A stretch of 32,000 nt of DNA from an uncultured archaeon (GCA_964373795.1 CAYJVY010000007.1:30001-62000), one strand, 5' to 3'; shown: positions 1 to 9,180, counted from the first letter of the stretch. The notes: a model not told the origin generated them from the sequence alone. Numbers and translations: made by a program.

Positions 1-1598
1 TCTTTGTGCGGAGAATCAATCATTCCAACTAATCCAACAAAAATTAAATCTTTTTCATCCCTTAATTCAAGTTTTCCTTTTTCTTTTCTTTCTTTGAATG
101 CAAATCCTAAAACCCTTAAACCCTTTGATGCAAGTTCATTGTTTTTTTCCAAGAATTCATTCAATTTTTTTTTGTCTAATTTTTTTTGCTTTCCATTTTC
201 CATGAAAAAAGTTGAACGTTCCAAAATTGCTTCAGCCGATCCTTTTGAATACAAGAAGTGTTTTCCTTTTGCATTGAATTCAACGCTCATCATTTTTCTG
301 TTTGAATCAAATTCTAATTCATCTAAAAATTCTTCTTTAAGGTTTTCTTTTGTAAATCCTAGTTTTTTTCCTAATACAAGCAAGGCTATTTCAGTTGGAT
401 CTCCAATTAATTCTTTTTTTGTTTCACCTATGTGAGCGTTATTGCATAAAACACTTATTTTTGAAATTAATTCAAGTTCTTTTGAAGGAGTTAAAATTTT
501 TTCTTGGTTTAAGGAAATTTCGCCTTGAAGATTGTATCCTTCTCCGCTTACATTAAATTCTTTGAAGTTGTCGAAAACTTTTTGCACCATTAACTCGTTT
601 TTAGTAATTGTCCCAGTTTTATCAGAGCAAATAACTGTTGTACTGCCAAGTGTTTCAACTGCGGCTAATTTTCTTATAACTGCATTTCCTCTAGCCATTG
701 CTTGAGTTCCTAAAGCTAAAGCAATTGTTACAACTGCTGGCAAGCCTTCTGGAATAGCTGCTACTGCTAATCCAATGGCAATTAAAAACATTTTAATTAA
801 TTCGCTTCCAGCTAGCATTCCAAGCAAGAAAATTATTATTATTAATACAACAGCTATTTTTGCTAAAAAAGTTCCAAGTTTATCCATTTTTTCAACTAAA
901 GGTGTTTTAGTTTCTTCAATGGATTGAAGTGATTCAGCTATTTTTCCAAACTCTGTGAATTGCCCTGTTGCAATAACTATTGCTTTTCCTCTTCCTTTTA
1001 CAATAGTTGTTCCAGCAAATAAAATGTTTTTTTGTTCTGCTATAGGAATTTTTTCTTTTTCAATTACCTCTGCAATTTTTCCAACTGGAGTTGATTCTCC
1101 TGTTAAAACAGCTTCATCTACTCTTAAATTAATTGCTTCAATTATTCTTGCATCTGCTGCAACAATTTCTCCTTCTTCTACTAAAATAATGTCTCCTGGA
1201 ACTAAATGCTTTGAATCAACTAATTCTTCTACTCCATTTCGAATTACTGTTGCATTTGAAATAGTCAATTTTTTTAAAGCCTCTAAAGCTTTTTCTGCTT
1301 TTGATTCTTGGTAAAACCCAATAAATGCATTCACTACCACAATTATTGCAACCAGAATTGCTCCATCAAGTTCTCCAATAAATAAATTAATTATTCCTGC
1401 TGCAATTAATACATAAATTAAAGCTGATTTGAATTGATTTAAAAAAAGAATTAATGCATTAATTTTTTTCTTTTCCTTTAATTCATTTAATCCAAATTTT
1501 TTTAATCGCTTTTTTGTTTCTTCTTCGCTTAAGCCATTTAAATTACATGTTAATTCATTCAAAACTTTTTCTACGCTTAACCTATAATAGTCGGCCAT
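1..1598 (-). CDS. P-type (E1-E2) cation-transporting ATPase, N-terminal ~532 codons; 3' end lies beyond the window
   Basis: Absent from the ORF track because it runs off the window edge. Reading the minus strand from the ATG (complement of 1596-1598) gives an open frame to position 1: MADYYRLSVEKVLNELTCNLNGLSEEETKKRLKKFGLNELKEKK... It carries the hallmark motifs LTGESTPV (TGES), PEGLPAVVT (TM4) and CSDKTGTITKN (phospho-Asp, around nt 600-640). Confidence 0.9.
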   Translation of the reverse strand, partial: MADYYRLSVEKVLNELTCNLNGLSEEETKKRLKKFGLNELKEKKKINALILFLNQFKSALIYVLIAAGIINLFIGELDGAILVAIIVVVNAFIGFYQESKAEKALEALKKLTISNATVIRNGVEELVDSKHLVPGDIILVEEGEIVAADARIIEAINLRVDEAVLTGESTPVGKIAEVIEKEKIPIAEQKNILFAGTTIVKGRGKAIVIATGQFTEFGKIAESLQSIEETKTPLVEKMDKLGTFLAKIAVVLIIIIFLLGMLAGSELIKMFLIAIGLAVAAIPEGLPAVVTIALALGTQAMARGNAVIRKLAAVETLGSTTVICSDKTGTITKNELMVQKVFDNFKEFNVSGEGYNLQGEISLNQEKILTPSKELELISKISVLCNNAHIGETKKELIGDPTEIALLVLGKKLGFTKENLKEEFLDELEFDSNRKMMSVEFNAKGKHFLYSKGSAEAILERSTFFMENGKQKKLDKKKLNEFLEKNNELASKGLRVLGFAFKERKEKGKLELRDEKDLIFVGLVGMIDSPHK

Positions 1599-1652
1599 GA
1601 AATTAGATAATGAAAAACTATTATAAAAGCCTTCGCAAAATTAATTTTCAAA

Positions 1653-1826
1653 TTATTCTGGGCTAATGTAGTTTTCTTTGCATTTTTCACTGCAAAATCT
1701 TTGATAGTACAAATAGTTTTTCTCGTTTTTTTCAATTGAGTTACTGCAGTTTAAGCATTTTTTTCCAGGCATTAATTTTTGTAAGTCTTTTTTATTACTT
1801 TTTTTAATGTATTCCCCTAAATCCAT
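1653..1826 (-). CDS. Small (57 aa) CxxC...CxxxC zinc-ribbon-like protein, hypothetical
   Basis: Hand translation of the minus strand gives MDLGEYIKKSNKKDLQKLMPGKKCLNCSNSIEKNEKNYLYYQRFCSEKCKENYISPE-stop. It is below the ORF-track size cut-off. It has four Cys in two knuckles and lies 54 nt upstream of, and co-oriented with, the P-type ATPase. Confidence 0.35.
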   Translation of the reverse strand: MDLGEYIKKSNKKDLQKLMPGKKCLNCSNSIEKNEKNYLYYQRFCSEKCKENYISPE

Positions 1827-1895
1827 ACACTATATTTTAATGCAAAGGTAAATAAATATTTTTCTTTGCAATTAATTTCTTTCTGCATTCGAAAG

Positions 1896-1903
1896 CTATT
1901 TAA
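1896..1903 (+). promoter_or_regulatory. Candidate archaeal TATA box (preceded by a purine-rich BRE-like GAAAG) for carA
   Basis: cgAAAGCTATTTAAtt lies 28-35 nt upstream of the carA ATG (1931). There is no SD motif before carA, which fits a leaderless or short-leader first gene. TATA-like strings are frequent by chance in this AT-rich DNA. Confidence 0.2.
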
Positions 1904-1930
1904 TTTGATCTATGTTAAAACTTATTTTTA

Positions 1931-3019
1931 ATGAGCTTAAAAGTTTTTGGAAAACTAATTTTAGAAGACGGCTCTGTTTTTGTTGGAGAAAGCTTTGGTT
2001 TTGAAAACCCTGTTTCAGGAGAAGTTGTTTTTAACACTGGAATGGTTGGCTATCCTGAAACCTTAACAGATCCTTCTTATAAAGGGCAAATTTTGTGTTT
2101 AACTTATCCTTTAATAGGTAATTATGGGGTTCCTGCAAAAAAATTGGATGAGTTTGGAATTCTTGAAAACTTTGAATCAAATCAAATTCATGTTTCAGGA
2201 TTAATTGTTTCAGAGTATTCTGTTGCACATAATCATTGGAATTCAGTGAAAAGTCTTTCAGATTGGTTGAAGGAGGAAAAAATTCCTGCTTTAACAGGCA
2301 TTGATGTTCGAGCTTTAACTAAAAAATTGCGTGAAAAAGGAACAATGCTTGGCAAAATAGTTTTTCAAGGAAAAGATATTAAAATTTTTGATCCAAATAA
2401 AACTAATTTGGTTGCAGAAGTATCAATTTCTAAGCCAGTTTTTTATGAAAATAATTCTAGGAAAACAATTGCTTTAATTGATACTGGAGTAAAAAATAAT
2501 ATTATTCGTTCACTGCTTTCCAGAAAAGTAAATGTTTTACGCATTCCCTGGAATTATGATTTATTTAATTCAAAGCATTGCAATGACTTTAATGCAATAA
2601 TGTTATCTAATGGCCCTGGAAATCCAAAGCAATGCATTGAAACAATTCAATCAATTCAAACTGCTTTAGAGTATAAGACTCCGATTTTTGGAGTGTGTTT
2701 AGGAAATCAATTGCTTGCACTTGCTTCTGGAGCTAATACCTTTAAATTAAAATATGGACATAGAAGTCAAAACCAGCCCGCCTTGGAATTTAATTCAAAG
2801 AAGTGTTTTATTACTTCTCAAAATCATGGGTTTGCAGTTGACAAGAAAACTCTGAAGAAGAATTGGAGTGAATGGTTTGTTAATGCAAACGATGAAACAA
2901 ATGAAGGAATTAAGCATGCAAAACTTCCTTTTATGAGTGTTCAATTTCATCCAGAAGCCTGTCCAGGGCCAGTTGACACTAATTTTTTGTTTGACGAGTT
3001 TTTGAAAAAGGTGAAATGA
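1931..3019 (+). CDS. carA: Carbamoyl-phosphate synthase small (glutaminase) subunit
   Basis: 362 aa. N-terminal CPSase small-chain signature (LEDGSVFVGESFG...GEVVFNTGMVGYPETLTDPSYKGQIL). Class-I glutamine amidotransferase triad context (GVCLGNQLLAL; SVQFHPEA). Confidence 0.95.
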   Translation: MSLKVFGKLILEDGSVFVGESFGFENPVSGEVVFNTGMVGYPETLTDPSYKGQILCLTYPLIGNYGVPAKKLDEFGILENFESNQIHVSGLIVSEYSVAHNHWNSVKSLSDWLKEEKIPALTGIDVRALTKKLREKGTMLGKIVFQGKDIKIFDPNKTNLVAEVSISKPVFYENNSRKTIALIDTGVKNNIIRSLLSRKVNVLRIPWNYDLFNSKHCNDFNAIMLSNGPGNPKQCIETIQSIQTALEYKTPIFGVCLGNQLLALASGANTFKLKYGHRSQNQPALEFNSKKCFITSQNHGFAVDKKTLKKNWSEWFVNANDETNEGIKHAKLPFMSVQFHPEACPGPVDTNFLFDEFLKKVK

Positions 3020-3771
3020 TTTTGGTTGAATTACATTTTGCAGTGCTTTTAGCAATTGTTGCATTCATTGCAGGCTTGTATGGATCAATTTCTGGAGGTT
3101 CTTCTCTGATTTTATTGCCTACTCTTTTATTCATTGGTTTAAGTCCTGGAATTGCTATTGGAACTAATAGATTATCTGTTACTTTTGGATCTATTTTTGC
3201 TTTAATTAGTTTTCATAAAAAAGTTGAATTTTTTTGGAAGGAAATTATTTTCTTTCTTTTACTTGCAACAATTGGAGCATTTCTTGGAGCAGTTTTCATT
3301 GTTTCAATTGATGAAAAAATTGCTTTAAAAATTGTGGGAACAATAATGCTTGTAACTGGTTTGCTTATGTTGTTTGGCAAGAAAGATAAAAAGTTTTTTG
3401 AAAACGTTAACCCAAAAATTAAAGACCTTATTTCAGGAATTATTATTTTTCTTATTAGTTTTTATAGAGGTTTTTTTGGAGGAGGAGCAGGAATTTTTGT
3501 TCGAAGCATTTTCATTAATATTAAACATTTTGAGCCTGTTAAAGCAATTTATTATGCAATTTTTACTGGATTTATTGCATCAATTGCTGCATTAGGGGTT
3601 TTTACTTTTACTCAAAGCATTGATTTAGATTATGGATTAATTGCAGTTGCTTTTGGAAGCGTAGGAGCTTTTCTTGGCCCGAAAATTGTTTTAAGTAAAG
3701 GAAGTAATTGGACTAAAAAATTTGTTGCATTAATTGAAATAATTTCCGGAATATATTTTTTAATAAAATAA
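3016..3771 (+). CDS. TauE/SafE (DUF81) family anion-exporter-like membrane protein
   Basis: 251 aa and highly hydrophobic, with the duplicated family motif (GLYGSISGGSSLILLPTLL...GTNRL and GFFGGGAGIF). GGTGA SD 6 nt upstream. The ATGA start/stop overlaps carA, and the gene ends 13 nt before carB. Confidence 0.85.
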   Translation: MILVELHFAVLLAIVAFIAGLYGSISGGSSLILLPTLLFIGLSPGIAIGTNRLSVTFGSIFALISFHKKVEFFWKEIIFFLLLATIGAFLGAVFIVSIDEKIALKIVGTIMLVTGLLMLFGKKDKKFFENVNPKIKDLISGIIIFLISFYRGFFGGGAGIFVRSIFINIKHFEPVKAIYYAIFTGFIASIAALGVFTFTQSIDLDYGLIAVAFGSVGAFLGPKIVLSKGSNWTKKFVALIEIISGIYFLIK

Positions 3772-3784
3772 ATTTGGTGAATGA

Positions 3785-6700
3785 ATGAAAAAAACTTTTC
3801 CAAAAAAAGTTTTAATTTTAGGCAGCGGAGGTTTAAGCATTGGCCAGGCAGGAGAATTTGATTATTCTGGAAGTCAAGCAATTAAAGCCTTAAAAGAAGA
3901 AGGCATTGAATCAATTGTAATTAATCCAAACATTGCTACAATTCAAACAGATGAAAAATTAGCTGACAAAATTTTTTTCTTGCCGGTAACTCCTTTTTTT
4001 GTTGAAAAAGTAATTGAAAAAGAAAAACCTGATTCAATTCTTTTATCTTTTGGAGGGCAAACAGCATTAAATTGTGGTTTAGAGCTTGCAAAAAGAGGCG
4101 TTTTAAAAAAATTTAATGTAAAAGTTTTAGGCACTCCAATTACTGCAATTGAAAAAACTGAGGACAGAAAACTGTTTGTAGAAGAATTAAATAAAATTGA
4201 GGTTAAAACTCCTAAAAGCATTGCAGTTTACTCTTTAATTGAAGCAAGAAAAGCAGTTAAAAAAATTGGTTTTCCTGTAATGATTAGAATGGGTTTTGCT
4301 TTAGGAGGTAAAGGCTCTGGAATTGCAAGAAATTTAAGGGAATTGGAAAAAATTTGTAGAGAAATTTTTTTCGAACCAAATCAAGCATTAATTGAAGAAT
4401 GCTTGGAAGGCTGGAAAGAAATTGAATATGAGGTTGTAAGAGATTCTTTGGATAACTGCATTACTGTTTGTAATATGGAGAACTTTGATCCGCTTGGAAT
4501 TCATACAGGTGAAAGCATTGTTGTTGCTCCCTCGCAAACTCTAACTAATTCAGAGTATCACAAGTTGCGAGAAATTTCAATTAAAGTAATAAAACATTTT
4601 GGAATTATAGGAGAATGCAATATTCAATTTGCTTTAAATCCTTTTTCAGAAGACTATAGAGTAATTGAAGTTAATGCTCGTTTATCCAGGAGTTCTGCTT
4701 TGGCTTCAAAGGCAACTGGTTATCCTTTGGCTTTTGTTGCAACAAAAATTGTTTTAGGATTTGCTTTGCCTGAAATTAAAAACTCTGTTACAAGAGTTAC
4801 TGGAGCGTGCTTTGAACCTGCCTTGGATTACATTGTAGTGAAAATTCCTAGATGGGATTTAAAAAAATTTAAAAAAGTTTCAAAAAGAATTGGTTCTGCA
4901 ATGAAATCAGTTGGAGAAGTAATGGCTATTGGGAAAAACTTTGAAGAAGCCTTGCAAAAAGCTTTGCGAATGCTTCATGTAGGAGTTGAAGGCCTGGCAT
5001 GTAATTCTGTAGGAAAATTTTCTTTCCAGGATTTGAAAAACGAATTACTTGAACCAACTGATGAAAGAGTTTTTGCAATTGCCGAAGCCTTAAAGCAAAA
5101 TTATTCTATAAAACAAATTCATGCTTTAACTAAAATTGATAAATGGTTTTTATTCAAGATTCAAAACATTGTTGAATTTGAAAAAATTCTTTCAAGGAAA
5201 TCTCTTAAAACAATTTCAAGAGAAGAATTCTTGAAAGCAAAACAATTAGGTTTTTCAGATAAACAACTTGCCTTTCTTTGGAATTCAAATGAATTAATTG
5301 TTAGAAAAAAGCGTAAAACTTTTGCTTTAAATCCTTTTATAAAACAAATTGACACTCTAGCAGCTGAATACCCTGCTAAAACAAATTATTTGTATTTAAC
5401 GTATAATGCAATTGAATCAGATATTCAAAGAACTTTTAATGCTGTAATGGTTTTAGGTTCTGGAGCATATAAAATTGGTAGTTCAGTTGAATTTGATTGG
5501 TGTGCAGTTAACACTGTTTTTACTTTGCATGAATTAGGTTTTAAAACAATAATGGTTAACTTTAATCCTGAAACTGTTTCAACTGATTACGATGTATGCG
5601 ATAAATTATTTTTTGATGAATTAAGTTTTGAAACTGTTTTAGATTTATATGAATTTGAGCAACCTTTTGGCGTAATTGTTTCAGTTGGAGGGCAAATTCC
5701 AAACAATTTGGCTTTAAATCTTTACTTGCAAGGAGTAAATGTTTTAGGCACTTCTCCTGAAAGCATTGATAAAGCTGAAAATCGTTTCAAGTTTTCAAAG
5801 CTTTTAGACAAGCTTGAAATTGATCAACCTGATTGGAAAGAATTAAAGTCTATTTCTCAAGCAAAAAAGTTTTGTAAAAAAATTGGTTACCCTGTTCTTG
5901 TCAGGCCAAGTTATGTTTTAAGCGGAGCTGCAATGAATGTAGCCTTTAATGATAGTACTTTGAAAAAATATTTATCTGCTGCCGCAAAAGTTTCAAATGA
6001 ATTTCCAGTTGTAATAACAAAGTTTATTACTAATGCAAGAGAACTTGAATTAGACGGAGTTGCAAAAAACGGTAAACTAATTATTTATGCAATTACTGAA
6101 CATGTTGAAAATGCCGGAGTGCATTCAGGTGATGCCACAATTGTCTTGCCTGGACAAAAAATTTACCTTGAAACAACTAATCAAATTAAGGAAATTTCTA
6201 AAAAAATTGCAAGAGACTTAAAAATAACTGGGCCATTTAATATTCAGTTTTTAGCTAAAGATAATAACATTAAAGTAATTGAATGCAATTTAAGGGCTTC
6301 TAGGAGTTTTCCTTTTTGTTCAAAAGTTGTTGGAAAAAACTTTATTGAATTAAGCACTAAAGCAATAATGAATAAATCTTTGCCTAAAGAAATTGATTTT
6401 TTTGGGAAACTAAACCATGTAGGAGTAAAAGCTCCAATGTTTTCTTTTAACAGATTAAAAGGAGCTGACCCAGTTCTAGGAGTTGAAATGGCTTCAACTG
6501 GAGAAGTAGCTTGTTTAGGAAAAAATTTTCACACAGCATTGCTGAAAGCATTGCTTTCCACAGGCATTAAATTGCCTGAAAAAAATGTTTACATTTCAAT
6601 TGGAGGAGAAGAAAACAAATACAAGTTTGTTCATCAAGTAAAAAAATTAGTTGAATTAGGGTTTAACATTTTTGCTTCAGAGCATACCTCTAATTTTTTG

Positions 6701-7033
6701 AATTTCATTGGAGTGAAAAACAAAATGCTTTTCAAAGTGCATGAAAAAAAAGAACCCAATGTTTTAACTTATTTGAAAAACAAGGAAATAGATTTTGTGA
6801 TTTACATTCCAAATCAATACAAGCCAATTGAAGAAGATGATTCATATCAAGTTAGAAGAACTGCAGTGGATTACAGTATTCCATTAATTACAAATCTTCA
6901 ATTAGCCAAGGCATTCATTAAAACAATTTCCAAAACTTCTCTTGAAAGCCTTGAAATAAAGTCTTGGAATGAATTCATGCAAGAAAATTCTTCTTCTCAA
7001 AATATCTCTCAAAATGGGAAAATAATTAACTAA
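3785..7033 (+). CDS. carB: Carbamoyl-phosphate synthase large subunit
   Basis: 1082 aa with two ATP-grasp halves (VLILGSGGLSIGQAGEFDYSGSQA... and VMVLGSGAYKIGSSVEFDWC...), an oligomerisation domain and a C-terminal MGS-like domain. GGTGA SD at 3776-3780. Confidence 0.97.
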   Translation: MKKTFPKKVLILGSGGLSIGQAGEFDYSGSQAIKALKEEGIESIVINPNIATIQTDEKLADKIFFLPVTPFFVEKVIEKEKPDSILLSFGGQTALNCGLELAKRGVLKKFNVKVLGTPITAIEKTEDRKLFVEELNKIEVKTPKSIAVYSLIEARKAVKKIGFPVMIRMGFALGGKGSGIARNLRELEKICREIFFEPNQALIEECLEGWKEIEYEVVRDSLDNCITVCNMENFDPLGIHTGESIVVAPSQTLTNSEYHKLREISIKVIKHFGIIGECNIQFALNPFSEDYRVIEVNARLSRSSALASKATGYPLAFVATKIVLGFALPEIKNSVTRVTGACFEPALDYIVVKIPRWDLKKFKKVSKRIGSAMKSVGEVMAIGKNFEEALQKALRMLHVGVEGLACNSVGKFSFQDLKNELLEPTDERVFAIAEALKQNYSIKQIHALTKIDKWFLFKIQNIVEFEKILSRKSLKTISREEFLKAKQLGFSDKQLAFLWNSNELIVRKKRKTFALNPFIKQIDTLAAEYPAKTNYLYLTYNAIESDIQRTFNAVMVLGSGAYKIGSSVEFDWCAVNTVFTLHELGFKTIMVNFNPETVSTDYDVCDKLFFDELSFETVLDLYEFEQPFGVIVSVGGQIPNNLALNLYLQGVNVLGTSPESIDKAENRFKFSKLLDKLEIDQPDWKELKSISQAKKFCKKIGYPVLVRPSYVLSGAAMNVAFNDSTLKKYLSAAAKVSNEFPVVITKFITNARELELDGVAKNGKLIIYAITEHVENAGVHSGDATIVLPGQKIYLETTNQIKEISKKIARDLKITGPFNIQFLAKDNNIKVIECNLRASRSFPFCSKVVGKNFIELSTKAIMNKSLPKEIDFFGKLNHVGVKAPMFSFNRLKGADPVLGVEMASTGEVACLGKNFHTALLKALLSTGIKLPEKNVYISIGGEENKYKFVHQVKKLVELGFNIFASEHTSNFLNFIGVKNKMLFKVHEKKEPNVLTYLKNKEIDFVIYIPNQYKPIEEDDSYQVRRTAVDYSIPLITNLQLAKAFIKTISKTSLESLEIKSWNEFMQENSSSQNISQNGKIIN

Positions 7034-7163
7034 TTTTCTCGGTTTTAAATTCAAAGTTATTGTCCTTTAATAGTTTGTTTTTTGAACAAATAAAGGTTAT
7101 TAAAAAAACCAACAATATATACTTGTTTTCTATCACCCCGATTTCGAATAGAAACAAAGGCAA

Positions 7164-7204
7164 AGGGAAGGGTTTTGAACTTGTTAAAAGCATATCCCTT
7201 CCTT
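7164..7204. other. G+C-rich imperfect hairpin (9-bp stem AGGGAAGGG / CCCTTCCTT, 23-nt loop) in a 247-nt intergenic spacer
   Basis: Stem arms at 7164-7172 and 7196-7204 (one G-U pair if transcribed from the + strand). It is followed by T-runs at 7216-7232. It stands out compositionally from the AT-rich surroundings. Confidence 0.3.
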
Positions 7205-7250
7205 CCCTAGCCAAAAATTTTTATGCTTTTTTCTGATTTCTAGCAAACTG

Positions 7251-7257
7251 TTTTATA
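7251..7257 (+). promoter_or_regulatory. Candidate TATA box for the orphan gene at 7281
   Basis: TTTTATA lies 24-30 nt upstream of the ATG at 7281, with no SD motif in between. This suggests a leaderless transcript. Confidence 0.2.
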
Positions 7258-7280
7258 CTTCTTTAATTCTTTATTTATTA

Positions 7281-7769
7281 ATGCCAATGCAATCACGTTT
7301 TTTGTTTAATATTGAAAGAAAAGATTCAACTCATGGAAAACTTTCAAGCTATGCTTTGAAGGCAATTAAGAAGCCTGATAGAGGGTCTGTTTTAGATGTA
7401 AAAACTAAAAGAATTAGATGGCTTCCTGGAAGAATTTTATTATGGGTAATGAAAAAATCTAATTATGATTTGTTGATAAGTGAAAGTGATGGGAAAATAG
7501 ATGCACATTTAGTTGTTCAAAGGCAAGGAACTACATTGCATGTACTTTCAACTAAAATTATTGATAAGCCTAGAAGAGAAGAAATTGAGTCTCATCTTGG
7601 AGATGAATTAATTAAACAAGCAAGATTAATTCCCGGAGTGAATAGATTAATGCTTGGTTCTGGTGGAAGCCTTCCAATTGTGGGAATGCTTAAAAGCATT
7701 AGACGAAAACAATTAGATCTTGGGGTAAGAATTGTGGATTCACAGAAAGGGCGGATTGATTTACTGTAA
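7281..7769 (+). CDS. Hypothetical protein (162 aa), no family recognised
   Basis: A long ORF with protein-like composition and no nested competitor. It is rich in Arg/Gly relative to its neighbours. There is no canonical GNAT Q/RxxGxG/A motif despite a loosely similar size and layout. Confidence 0.6.
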   Translation: MPMQSRFLFNIERKDSTHGKLSSYALKAIKKPDRGSVLDVKTKRIRWLPGRILLWVMKKSNYDLLISESDGKIDAHLVVQRQGTTLHVLSTKIIDKPRREEIESHLGDELIKQARLIPGVNRLMLGSGGSLPIVGMLKSIRRKQLDLGVRIVDSQKGRIDLL

Positions 7770-7783
7770 AATTAAGTGAATTT

Positions 7784-8413
7784 ATGGCAATTAAAGCAGT
7801 TATATTCGATTTATTTAATACTCTTGTCAAATGCGGCAATCCAGAGGGAAGAATGATTAAAGAATTCAACCTACAACTTGATTACTATGAAGTTGAACGA
7901 ATCTCTAACAGTGTTAACGAGCATTCAGAAGAAAAGTATGCACAAATTCTTTTACAAGAATTTGGCTTGCCTTTGTCAAAACAAAACTTGAATAAAATGC
8001 TTAAAGTTTTTGAAATAGAAAAAGGTTTCCTTGAATTGTTTTCTGATTCAATTCCTGTTTTAGAGGAATTAAAAAAACAAGGCTTGAAAGTAGGTTTGAT
8101 TTCAAACTCTCTTCCTTTTTTAATGCCAAAACTTGAAGAACCAAAATTTCAAAATTTAATGCATAAATTTGATGTAGTTATTCTTTCAGAAAAAATCGGA
8201 ATTGTAAAACCTAACCCAAAAATTTTTCAAATGTGTATTAAAAAACTTAAAGTAAAACCATTCGAAGCTTTAATGGTTGGAGATTCTTTAAGAAACGATT
8301 TCCAAGGCGCAGAAAAAACCGGAATGAATGCATTACTATTAGATAGAGCTAATGAAAAAGATTTTTCTAAAAAAATTTCTTCTTTGAATGAAATAATGAA
8401 TTTTTTAGAGTAA
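7784..8413 (+). CDS. HAD-superfamily hydrolase, subfamily IA (dehalogenase-like)
   Basis: 209 aa. Motif I VIFDLFNTL, motif II LISNS, motif III Lys in GIVKPNPKIF, motif IV VGDSLRND. AGTGA SD-like motif upstream. Confidence 0.85.
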   Translation: MAIKAVIFDLFNTLVKCGNPEGRMIKEFNLQLDYYEVERISNSVNEHSEEKYAQILLQEFGLPLSKQNLNKMLKVFEIEKGFLELFSDSIPVLEELKKQGLKVGLISNSLPFLMPKLEEPKFQNLMHKFDVVILSEKIGIVKPNPKIFQMCIKKLKVKPFEALMVGDSLRNDFQGAEKTGMNALLLDRANEKDFSKKISSLNEIMNFLE

Positions 8414-8416
8414 GGA

Positions 8417-9148
8417 TTACTTTTTTCCCGGTCTGCGTTTTTTCAAGCTCCTCCAAAGCTTGTAAAAATGTTTTCTAAAAGATTTAGCTAAATCTTCGCT
8501 TTCAATCAAAATTGTTGTAATTACGGGTTCCCAAATAATTATTATTGTTTTATTTCCATAAACTGCAATTGGAATGTTATGGAAAAATTCTTTTGGAATA
8601 AATCTATATTCAGATGTTTTAGCTCCAAAAGTTTTGCATCCTTCAAAGGTTATTAGTTTTTCTTTAAGTGCTCTAGTTGAATCAACTTCTTTAGTGTATT
8701 GCTTGAAATGCAAGTAATCTAAATCGTAAAAATTTTGTTCATCTATTCCCCATCCAACGAATTCTCCGCCTGTTTTAAGGCCATCTTTATAAATGAAATG
8801 AATTGCTTCTAACCCTTTGAATACTTCTACTTTTACATCCTTTTTTTCTGTTTGAGTGATTTTTTTCAAATCAGCTATGCTGTTTTCAAAATTTTTTTGT
8901 TTTTGTTTTAATAATTCGTTAATGTGTTCAGGATTTGTAGATGAAAAATATTTAACATTTTCTTTAATGTTGGATGAAACAAAACCTTTTTCTTGTAACT
9001 TTAAAAGCATGTAATAAGTTGTTGTTCTGTCAAAACCCAAATCTTCAGCAACCTTGCTTGCAGGAGCAGAACCTCTTTTAAGTAAGCTAACATATATTTT
9101 TGTTTCATTTTCAGTTAACCCTATTTCTTGCAAAGGAGCTGTATTCAT
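8417..9148 (-). CDS. TrmB-family transcriptional regulator (winged HTH plus C-terminal effector domain)
   Basis: N-terminus MNTAPLQEIGLTENETKIYVSLLKRGSAPASKVAEDLGFDRTTTYYMLLKLQEKGFVS matches the TrmB HTH layout. The ORF track extends it to a GTG at 9196. I prefer the ATG at 9148, which has a TATA-like box 23-32 nt upstream. Confidence 0.85.
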   Translation of the reverse strand: MNTAPLQEIGLTENETKIYVSLLKRGSAPASKVAEDLGFDRTTTYYMLLKLQEKGFVSSNIKENVKYFSSTNPEHINELLKQKQKNFENSIADLKKITQTEKKDVKVEVFKGLEAIHFIYKDGLKTGGEFVGWGIDEQNFYDLDYLHFKQYTKEVDSTRALKEKLITFEGCKTFGAKTSEYRFIPKEFFHNIPIAVYGNKTIIIIWEPVITTILIESEDLAKSFRKHFYKLWRSLKKRRPGKK

Positions 9149-9170
9149 TAACAAATTAGTATTTAAACTA

Positions 9171-9180
9171 TTATTTAAAT
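9171..9180 (-). promoter_or_regulatory. Candidate TATA box for the TrmB-family gene
   Basis: The minus strand reads ATTTAAATAA, 23-32 nt upstream of the ATG at 9148. It lies in the 86-nt divergent spacer 9149-9234. Confidence 0.2.

Noticed and set aside
4-1314. Plus-strand ORFs 4..435 and 955..1314 from the ORF track.
   Set aside because: Their low-complexity F/S/N-rich translations lie antisense to a clean P-type ATPase reading frame that carries the TGES, PEGLPAVVT and DKTGT motifs. They are shadow ORFs.
7130-7160. TTCGAA-containing segment (CTATCACCCCGATTTCGAATAG) as a tRNA fragment or T-loop.
   Set aside because: Only a 4-5-bp stem can be drawn and no acceptor or anticodon arms exist. 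The evidence is insufficient for any RNA gene call.
7026-7214. Minus-strand 62-aa ORF in the carB-downstream spacer.
   Set aside because: It has no SD or TATA context and an odd composition, it overlaps the carB stop, and it is largely defined by the GC-rich hairpin. It is more likely non-coding.
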